Assembly (NCBI GenBank): GCA_020628775.1
Contig: JAHDEP010000003.1
Coordinates: forward strand, 1-46,229
Direction of reading: 5' to 3'
Length of the DNA: 46,229 nucleotides
From: Rhizobiaceae bacterium
Lineage (GTDB): Bacteria; Pseudomonadota; Alphaproteobacteria; Rhizobiales; Rhizobiaceae
The notes below the pieces were generated by a model. That model made no database searches. It saw nothing but the letters and a program-made list of their open reading frames with translations, and was not told where the DNA came from. Of the stretch, positions 39,813 through 46,229 are shown in pieces. Each line of letters opens with the position of its first letter. The stretch's first letter is position 1. Position numbers and translations under genes: made by a program.

Positions 39813-39857
39813 AAACCCCCCAAAATTGCGAGGGTAATTATCAGTTTCATTTAAATT

Positions 39858-40937
39858 CTACTGCGATATCCGATAAAGCCCACCATCTTTTTGGTCGCTG
39901 AGCAAATAAATAGAGCCATCAGAAGCTATTGAAACATCGCGCACTCGGCCGATGGTATTTTCAAACATCGGGGTTTCGCTAACCGGACGATCACCCTCTA
40001 GATCTACCGCATATAACGAGCGGAATTTGAGCGACCCTACCAGCAATTTGTCCTTAAACTCTGGGAACATGTCGCCTTGATAAAACGCCATGCCCGATGG
40101 TGCAATTGAAGGGATCCACGTCCAGATTGGATCTTCAAATTCAGGCGAAGATGTGCCAATCCCAATTTTACCGCCGGCATATTCTTCCCCATGCGAGACA
40201 ATCGGCCAGCCGTAATTTTCTCCCGCTTTAACGACGTTAATCTCATCACCGCCGCGCGGCCCATGCTCATGCAGCCATATTTCACCCGTTGAAGGATTGA
40301 GCGCCATGCCTTGCGGATTGCGATGACCTTTGGAGTAAAGCTCTGGTTCCCAGCCATCCAAGTTTGGATTGTCGGCGGGAACAGTCCCATCAAGGTTTAA
40401 ACGAACGACGGCACCTGAATGAATTTTAGGATCTTGAGCGTCGAACCGGCTACCACGATCGCCCATTGTGACGTAAAGCTTGTCATCTGAAATCTCGATG
40501 CGGCAACCAAAGTGGATGCTGGCATTGGATTTGTTATTGGCCACAAATATCGTTTGTGTGTTTGTCAGCGCATTGCCATCAAGTTTAGCCATATCAACAG
40601 CGGTTGAAGCTCTGTTTCCTTCAGGGCGGGAATAACAATAATATATGGTTGAAGGATCTTGCTCAGAAACCTTTACGTCCAACATACCGCCTTGGCGAAA
40701 TGAAAATACATCCGGCACACCGGAAAGCTCATCGCGCACACCGCTTTCAAGATCAATCTTGAACATTCGGCCACGGCGTTCTGTCACGATCATTGAGGTA
40801 TCGGATAAGAAATCCATGCCCCAAGGGTGGAACAAGGTTTTGCCAATGCGTTCGATTTGCGGTTCAGCCTGGCTTTGTGTCACCAATGCTGCGGATGAAA
40901 TCAAACAAAGGGTGAGGGCGGTAATAAGTTTGCGCAA
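39858..40937 (-). CDS. PQQ-dependent soluble sugar dehydrogenase (YliI/Asd family)
   Basis: Signal peptide; HPWGMDFL, QGGMLDV, HFGCRI, GHRNPQG, EHGPRGGDEIN, NYGWP, GRVRDV; TTG start after GGAG. Confidence 0.92.
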   Translation of the reverse strand: MRKLITALTLCLISSAALVTQSQAEPQIERIGKTLFHPWGMDFLSDTSMIVTERRGRMFKIDLESGVRDELSGVPDVFSFRQGGMLDVKVSEQDPSTIYYCYSRPEGNRASTAVDMAKLDGNALTNTQTIFVANNKSNASIHFGCRIEISDDKLYVTMGDRGSRFDAQDPKIHSGAVVRLNLDGTVPADNPNLDGWEPELYSKGHRNPQGMALNPSTGEIWLHEHGPRGGDEINVVKAGENYGWPIVSHGEEYAGGKIGIGTSSPEFEDPIWTWIPSIAPSGMAFYQGDMFPEFKDKLLVGSLKFRSLYAVDLEGDRPVSETPMFENTIGRVRDVSIASDGSIYLLSDQKDGGLYRISQ

Positions 40938-41171
40938 TTTAGTTCTCCGTCTGGAATGTTCTTATAAGCTTCATTCAACGTTGCGGCACACAAGTTTACG
41001 CCCATTTTATCACCCGATGCCGAAAAGGATAAATGATCCTTCCACTATAAATGGGCACACTTTAGCTTAACGCCAAGGGCATGTTGCCAAATTACGTAAA
41101 TTTTATAGTGATCTATAGCTTAACTAAATCTAGCACAAAAACCAGATTGTCGGAGATTAGATAAATTCCAC

Positions 41172-41200
41172 TTGATTTTTAAGTTCAAATAAATTAGAAC
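41172..41200 (+). promoter_or_regulatory. Putative sigma70 promoter of the small SOS gene
   Basis: TTGATT (41172)-N17-TAGAAC (41195). Confidence 0.6.
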
Positions 41201-41211
41201 AAAAGTAGAAC
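41197..41211 (+). promoter_or_regulatory. LexA (SOS) box 1
   Basis: GAAC-aaaagta-GAAC, exact match to the alphaproteobacterial GAAC-N7-GAAC consensus; overlaps -10. Confidence 0.85.
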
Positions 41212-41243
41212 ATTGTTAACTTGTTGTGCGTATTGTAGCTTTA

Positions 41244-41258
41244 GAACAAAAAGGAAAC
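41244..41258 (+). promoter_or_regulatory. LexA (SOS) box 2
   Basis: GAAC-aaaaagg-AAAC, one mismatch; overlaps the AAGGA RBS. Confidence 0.7.
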
Positions 41259-41264
41259 ATTAAT

Positions 41265-41435
41265 ATGATGACCTCTACTTTACAAAACAACTTCTGGCAA
41301 GACGTGTTGCAAACATTTCGCAAGCTTCCGCTTTCTATCAAGTTTGCTTGGATGCTCGCGCCGCCAATGGCGCTGCTTGTTGTTATTGCCTTTTTGTTGA
41401 TGATGTCGACACGGTTCACGGTAGCAAGCCTTTAA
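41265..41435 (+). CDS. Small single-TM membrane protein (56 aa), probably SOS-inducible
   Basis: AAGGA RBS, ATG 41265; NFWQDVLQTFRKLP..IKFAWMLAPPMALLVVIAFLLM; own promoter and terminator. Confidence 0.75.
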   Translation: MMTSTLQNNFWQDVLQTFRKLPLSIKFAWMLAPPMALLVVIAFLLMMSTRFTVASL

Positions 41436-41448
41436 TGCAAAGAAACGA

Positions 41449-41470
41449 AAACCTCTCCCCCCAGAGGTTT
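41449..41470. terminator. Bidirectional terminator between the small gene and tetR
   Basis: AAACCTCT-cccccc-AGAGGTTT. Confidence 0.65.
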
Positions 41471-42086
41471 ATATAGCGTTAGCGGTTCGCCATAATATTC
41501 GCTCATACGCATCCTGGAGCTCTTGCCCCTGAGGTCCACCATTTCGTTTTCGTCGTGCAAAAAGGCTTGCTAACCCGTGTGTAGTTGCCCACACCATAGG
41601 CGCTGCATCTGGGTTGTCTTTTAGTTGCCGATTATCCAGCTCTAACACTGCCTGAACATGATCTTCTAGGATTTGATAGCTGTTGCTGGAGAGGGTTTCC
41701 AGCAAAGCTTTGGACGGATCAATGCGATCAGATGAGAATTGCAGATCAAACATATCTGAATGCTCACTGGCATATTTGATATATCCCATACCAATCCCGA
41801 CAAGTTTAGCTTTGGCTTTTTCAGGATGTTGATCATCCACAGCATCAGAACTTGATTGCATTGCATGTGCAAAGCGCTGGAATGAAATGCCAGCAAGCGC
41901 ACTTAGTAATCCCGTTACATCACCGAAATGAGGCGCAGGGGCTGCATGGCTGACCCCAGCTCTTTTTGCGACACCGCGCAGCGAAAACTTTTCAACACCC
42001 TTTTCAATCAGTTCAAGCTCAGCAGCTTCGAGCAGTGCTTGGCGAAGATTGCCGTGGTGATACGATTTGGAAGGTTTTGAGTTCAT
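41469..42086 (-). CDS. TetR/AcrR family regulator
   Basis: YHHGNLRQALL..FSLRGVAKRAGVSHAAP..HF; C-terminal WATTHGLA. Confidence 0.93.
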   Translation of the reverse strand: MNSKPSKSYHHGNLRQALLEAAELELIEKGVEKFSLRGVAKRAGVSHAAPAPHFGDVTGLLSALAGISFQRFAHAMQSSSDAVDDQHPEKAKAKLVGIGMGYIKYASEHSDMFDLQFSSDRIDPSKALLETLSSNSYQILEDHVQAVLELDNRQLKDNPDAAPMVWATTHGLASLFARRKRNGGPQGQELQDAYERILWRTANAI

Positions 42087-42125
42087 AGATCATCCCTATA
42101 CCGATTCAGTCAGTTTGAAAACAAT

Positions 42126-42198
42126 AAATAGACAGCGTCAAGATTTAACTTGACAGTGTAAAGATATTTGCATTATTTGATATAGACACTGTCAAGAT
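42126..42198. promoter_or_regulatory. Three palindromic TetR operators in a divergent promoter
   Basis: AAATAGACAGCGTCAAGAT (42126), AACTTGACAGTGTAAAGAT (42147), ATATAGACACTGTCAAGAT (42180); idealised palindrome ATCTTGACA-N-TGTCAAGAT. Confidence 0.82.
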
Positions 42199-42233
42199 CA
42201 ATTGCCACAAATTAAATTATCGAGAGAAAAAAC

Positions 42234-42695
42234 ATGTCTATGGAAACTTTATTTGCAATCTCGTCCCCCATCGCAATGTTGGGATGGATTGCGCTCATCA
42301 TCTCACCAATCATTCCAAAATGGTCGGATCGTATCGCAACTTATATTTCACCAGGCTTGTTATCGCTTGCTTATATGTCGCTGATCCTAGCATTTTGGGC
42401 CAATGCAGAAGGCGGATTTGATACACTCGCAAACGTTCAACTGTTATTCACACAAAGCGAAATCGCGATGGCTGGTTGGCTGCATTATCTCGCATTTGAT
42501 TTATTTATGGGTGCATGGATTGTGCGTGAGGCGCGTAAAGCGTCGATTTCTCACTGGTTTATTATCCCAATATTGCCAATGACACTTTTATTTGGACCAA
42601 TTGGTTTCGTGCTGTTTTTGGCCTTGAAGGCTGGACTGTCATTGAGACGCAATCAAGCCCCCTCAACAAAATCCGCCCAATCCGCTTCAGCATAA
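42234..42695 (+). CDS. ABA4-like (DUF4281) membrane protein, copy 1
   Basis: GGFDTLANV..AGWLHYLAFDLF.G.W..LLFGPIG. Confidence 0.85.
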   Translation: MSMETLFAISSPIAMLGWIALIISPIIPKWSDRIATYISPGLLSLAYMSLILAFWANAEGGFDTLANVQLLFTQSEIAMAGWLHYLAFDLFMGAWIVREARKASISHWFIIPILPMTLLFGPIGFVLFLALKAGLSLRRNQAPSTKSAQSASA

Positions 42696-42714
42696 AACAC
42701 GTAGGAAGAACAAA

Positions 42715-43593
42715 ATGAACAACGCCATAATCGTGATGAACAAAGATATTTCAACCAACAACCCAGCGCAATTCATAGCGCGGTCAAAACACTTTTTTAA
42801 AAGCGCCTATGCGGACGCTCCAGCGTTAAGTGCGCTGACAATAATCATGGTCTGTTTAATGGTGCCAAAGCTCGGCGCGATGCTGATTGATACTCGCCTT
42901 CACAATGGTATCAATATCTGGATCAAGCCAGTTAAGTTCGACGTTGCTTTGATCATTTATACCGCAACGCTGGTGATCTTTGCGCGCTGGATACCTCAAC
43001 AAACGCGCACAAAAACCTGGTTCAAACTTTTCACCGCAGCTGTGGTCATTTCAATTGTGTATGAACAAATTTGGATTGGCGGCGCTGCAGCGTTTGGAAC
43101 ATCATCGCATTTTAATGTAGCAACTCCGTTGATGGGGATAGCCTATACTATTGCAGGTTTTGGGGCTGTCACGCTCACAAGTGGGGCATTGGTGTTTGGT
43201 ATCCTCATTGCGCGCAATAAACATACAGGTCTTTCTGACACAATGCATTTGTCGATCTGGCTAAGTTCTGTGCTTATGTTCGTGCTCACTGTGATAACGG
43301 CAAGTTATATGTCAACAAGCTTAAGCCATTTTGTTGGTGGCAATATGCTTGATACCGAAAGTTATCCGATCATGGGTTGGGCAAAAGATGGTGGAGATTT
43401 ACGTGTTGCGCATTTCTTTGCAAGCCACATTTTTCACGCGTTACCGATTTTCGTTCTCATAGCTGGGTATGTTTTCAAATCAGTCAATCGGACAATGGTG
43501 CTCGCATTTGCGATTTTGTACAGTTTATTCACGCTTTATACCCTTTGGGAAGCGAGCCAGGGCTTGCCATTTTTGGCAGGCATTATAGGCTAA
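42715..43593 (+). CDS. Polytopic membrane protein of unknown function
   Basis: About seven TMs; NIWIKPVKF, SHFN, GWAKDGGDLRVAHFFASH. Confidence 0.8.
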   Translation: MNNAIIVMNKDISTNNPAQFIARSKHFFKSAYADAPALSALTIIMVCLMVPKLGAMLIDTRLHNGINIWIKPVKFDVALIIYTATLVIFARWIPQQTRTKTWFKLFTAAVVISIVYEQIWIGGAAAFGTSSHFNVATPLMGIAYTIAGFGAVTLTSGALVFGILIARNKHTGLSDTMHLSIWLSSVLMFVLTVITASYMSTSLSHFVGGNMLDTESYPIMGWAKDGGDLRVAHFFASHIFHALPIFVLIAGYVFKSVNRTMVLAFAILYSLFTLYTLWEASQGLPFLAGIIG

Positions 43594-43674
43594 CCTGTAA
43601 TCTAAGAAGACAGATTTGCCGTATAGTTTGATAAAGATGCGGCAAATTTGGACCCAGAAGATCAGGAGCTAACA

Positions 43675-44100
43675 ATGGATATGGAAACAGTATTTACGTT
43701 CGCCAACGCTTTTGTTCTAGCCGGTTGGTTAGCGCTACTTTTAGCGCCACGCGCACCAAAACTGGCTGACCGCATCGCTTCTGTCATCATCCCTTTATTG
43801 TTGGCCATCGCATATCTTCTATTAGCACCCGTATTTTTCACCTTCACCGAGGGTGGTTTTGATAGTTTAGCAAATGTGATGATATTGTTTGATAATCCCC
43901 GCGCTGTGATGGCTGGATGGCTGCATTATCTCGCATTCGATCTATTTATCGGAGCATGGCAGGTGCGCCAAGCTCGTGAACATGGAATTAGACACCTCAT
44001 CATAATCCCATCACTGATACTGACACTGTTATTGGGGCCAGTTGGATTATTATTGTTCTTCATCATCCGTTTTGCATACACAAAGCGATTGTTTAACTAG
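43675..44100 (+). CDS. ABA4-like (DUF4281) membrane protein, copy 2
   Basis: AGGAG RBS, ATG 43675; GGFDSLANV..AGWLHYLAFDLFIGAW..LLLGPVG. Confidence 0.85.
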   Translation: MDMETVFTFANAFVLAGWLALLLAPRAPKLADRIASVIIPLLLAIAYLLLAPVFFTFTEGGFDSLANVMILFDNPRAVMAGWLHYLAFDLFIGAWQVRQAREHGIRHLIIIPSLILTLLLGPVGLLLFFIIRFAYTKRLFN

Positions 44101-44191
44101 GGCTACCCCTTTTATGTTCATTGACCAATCAAATTAAGATGCGACCAGAAAACCAATTGGCTTTGTGAACAGGGTGCGATAAGGCTAAAAC

Positions 44192-45415
44192 ATGATGTTT
44201 TGGATTTTGATATTTGGCCTGACAACTTTGACAATAGCTCTGTTGTTACGTCCGTTGTTGCGTGATCAACAAAGCGATGGTGATACGTTGGCGTATGACC
44301 GCGAAGTGTACAAAGATCAACTGTCTGAGATTGATCGAGACTTCGATAATGGCTTATTGACAGAAAACGAAGCTGAGCTTGCACGAATTGAGATTTCTCG
44401 TCGTTTGCTCGCAGCGGATGCAAAAGACAAATCCTCCGCAAGTGGCGTGAAAATGTCCTATGCGCACATTTTTCCTATCGCCTTGTTAATTCCTTTAATT
44501 GCGATTGGAACCTATTCAATCGTAGGTCAACCATTAGCACCTGACATGCCGTTGGCGTTGCGTACACCGCCGCCGGCAAATCAAGTTGCTTCGCGCGCTG
44601 TACCAGACGATATTGCCGAAATGGTTGCGCAGGCTGAAGCGCATTTGGTTCAAAATCCAAATGATGGTCGTGGGTGGGATGTGCTTGCGCCCATTTATTT
44701 CCGCATGGGTGAATATCTAAAAGCTCAACAAGCCTTTGCAAAAGCTATCGAGCTTGAAGGTTCAACAGCTTTGCGTCATGCAAGCCTCGGCGAAGCAATT
44801 GTCACAGCGCAAGAGGGTTTGGTAACGCCTGAAGCGCGGTCAAATTTTATAAAAGCGCTCGAGTTGCAACCAAACTCGCCGCGCCCCAAATTTTTCCTAG
44901 CACTTGGTTTAGGCCAAAACGGGCAAAAAGAAGCTGCCATTGCAGCATTTGAGCAATTGGCAAAAACATCACCGGCTGATGCGCCTTGGATCAGAGCCGT
45001 ACAGGTTCAGATTGCAGCGCTTAAGGGGGTCGAAGCAGATAGTGTTCAGCTGGAAACTCTGCCGGCAAGCACGACAGCTCAATCGCAAGAAACACCATCT
45101 CAGCTTGGCAATCCAACACAGGAAGATATCGCTGCAGCAGGTGAAATGGACACAAGTGATCGCATGGCGATGATCAAAAACATGGTGTCTTCACTTGATG
45201 AGAAGTTGACAGATGAGCCGAATAATTTTGCAGGCTGGCAGCGATTGTTGCAGTCTTATATTGTTTTGGGTGAGCCTGATACAGCAGCAGATGCGTTAGC
45301 GCGGGCGCTGAAAGTCTTTTCATCTGACACAGATCAAGGACGTGCATTGCTTGCGCAAGCTAAGAGCCTGGGTATTGTAGCACCAGATGCTGCTCCCAAG
45401 GTTGATAATGAATAG
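44192..45415 (+). CDS. ccmI: c-type cytochrome biogenesis protein CcmI (CycH)
   Basis: VYKDQLSEIDRD..EISRRLL, TPR region (P.DGRGWDVLAP.Y), MI..MV..L..L. Confidence 0.92.
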   Translation: MMFWILIFGLTTLTIALLLRPLLRDQQSDGDTLAYDREVYKDQLSEIDRDFDNGLLTENEAELARIEISRRLLAADAKDKSSASGVKMSYAHIFPIALLIPLIAIGTYSIVGQPLAPDMPLALRTPPPANQVASRAVPDDIAEMVAQAEAHLVQNPNDGRGWDVLAPIYFRMGEYLKAQQAFAKAIELEGSTALRHASLGEAIVTAQEGLVTPEARSNFIKALELQPNSPRPKFFLALGLGQNGQKEAAIAAFEQLAKTSPADAPWIRAVQVQIAALKGVEADSVQLETLPASTTAQSQETPSQLGNPTQEDIAAAGEMDTSDRMAMIKNMVSSLDEKLTDEPNNFAGWQRLLQSYIVLGEPDTAADALARALKVFSSDTDQGRALLAQAKSLGIVAPDAAPKVDNE

Positions 45416-45421
45416 GTTGAT

Positions 45422-45877
45422 GTGATGACGAGAAAACAAAAGAGATTTACAATTATTGGCGTAGGTATGAGCTTTTTGCTCTCCGCCGTGTTGTTGGTCA
45501 TGTTCGCGCTTTCGAGCGAAATCACATATTTTCACTCGCCAACAGATGTGATCGAAAAAGCAGTTAAACCAGAAACGCGTATTCGTTTGGGTGGTTTGGT
45601 TGAGCAAGGATCGATTATCCGCGGGCAGGGCACCAAGGTGAGTTTTACTATTACTGACAACGAACAAACTGTTGTTGTAAATTACGACGGTATTCTGCCA
45701 GATCTATTCCGCGAAGGGCAGGGTGTGATCACCGAAGGCGCGTTCAATGTCATGGGCGGTCCGTTTGTTGCCGATAGCGTGTTGGCAAAGCACGATGAAA
45801 ACTACATGCCAAAAGAAATCGCCGATAGTTTGAAAGAACGCGGCGTCTGGAAAGATGGCGAACCCATTACGAATTAG
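45422..45877 (+). CDS. ccmE: Heme chaperone CcmE (CycJ)
   Basis: RIRLGGLV..GS, GILPDLFREGQG, LAKHDENYMP. Confidence 0.96.
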   Translation: MMTRKQKRFTIIGVGMSFLLSAVLLVMFALSSEITYFHSPTDVIEKAVKPETRIRLGGLVEQGSIIRGQGTKVSFTITDNEQTVVVNYDGILPDLFREGQGVITEGAFNVMGGPFVADSVLAKHDENYMPKEIADSLKERGVWKDGEPITN

Positions 45878-45885
45878 GAGTTAAT

Positions 45886-46229
45886 ATGAGCACAGAACTT
45901 GGTCACTTTGCGCTCATATTAGCGCTCGCAACAGCAGTCATGCAGTCGATATTGCCGATGATTGGCGCTGCGCGTTCCGATACGCGTTTAATGAATGTTG
46001 CACCCATGGCAGCGATCACTTGCTTTGCGCTCGTGCTATTGTCTTTTGCAGCTCTCACACAAGCTTATCTTACATCTGATTTCTCGGTTCTGAACGTTTT
46101 TGAAAACTCACATTCGCTTAAACCAACCTTGTATAAATTTACCGGCGTATGGGGCAATCACGAAGGCTCGATGCTGCTATGGATTTTAATCCTTGCGTTT
46201 TTTGGCGCGCTTGTTGCCGTATTTGGTAA
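45886..46229 (+). CDS. ccmF: Heme lyase CcmF (CycK), partial; runs off the window end
   Basis: Not in ORF track. AGGAG RBS, ATG 45886; MSTELGHFALILA..SDFSVLNV..NSHS.KP..YK..GVWGNHEGSMLLW. Confidence 0.94.
   Translation, partial: MSTELGHFALILALATAVMQSILPMIGAARSDTRLMNVAPMAAITCFALVLLSFAALTQAYLTSDFSVLNVFENSHSLKPTLYKFTGVWGNHEGSMLLWILILAFFGALVAVFG

Noticed and set aside
40958-40972. GTTC-N7-CTTC upstream of the PQQ dehydrogenase as a third LexA box
   Set aside because: Mismatch at a conserved position and no independent support; may be chance.
1-46229. tRNA, rRNA, IS elements, defence systems
   Set aside because: None recognised by eye; intergenic spaces are short and no transposase or nuclease motifs were seen. 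A covariance-model scan was not possible.

Overview
Core-chromosome segment of a moderately AT-rich alphaproteobacterium; gene order points to Rhizobiales/Hyphomicrobiales (inference). Left to right: ptrB (partial) and msrB; a seven-gene mrpABCDEFG Na+/H+ antiporter operon; mucR; a DnaA-domain-IV-like HTH gene (gafY-like); sufE; a DivJ-like kinase and cell-envelope block (PG-binding protein, DUF1491, DUF2336, DUF1254/DUF1214, PBP1A, YcgN); an apparently intact ~14-kb RcGTA-type gene transfer agent head-tail cluster (19958-33890); feuNPQ and a lipoprotein; a ~7-kb accessory block (HD hydrolase, DUF2207, PQQ sugar dehydrogenase, small membrane protein, TetR with two ABA4-like genes); and ccmI-ccmE-ccmF (partial). 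Strongest signals missing from the ORF track: (1) the GTA g10.1 tail-chaperone frame has no start codon and opens exactly at an A-AAA-AAG slippery heptamer ending g10, implying a programmed -1 frameshift; (2) two alphaproteobacterial LexA boxes cover the promoter and RBS of a 56-aa membrane protein, a candidate SOS effector; (3) one palindromic motif occurs at both the gafY-like promoter and the GTA promoter, while the usual gafZ partner is absent beside gafY. Family names come from motif recognition and recalled synteny; no database searches were run.
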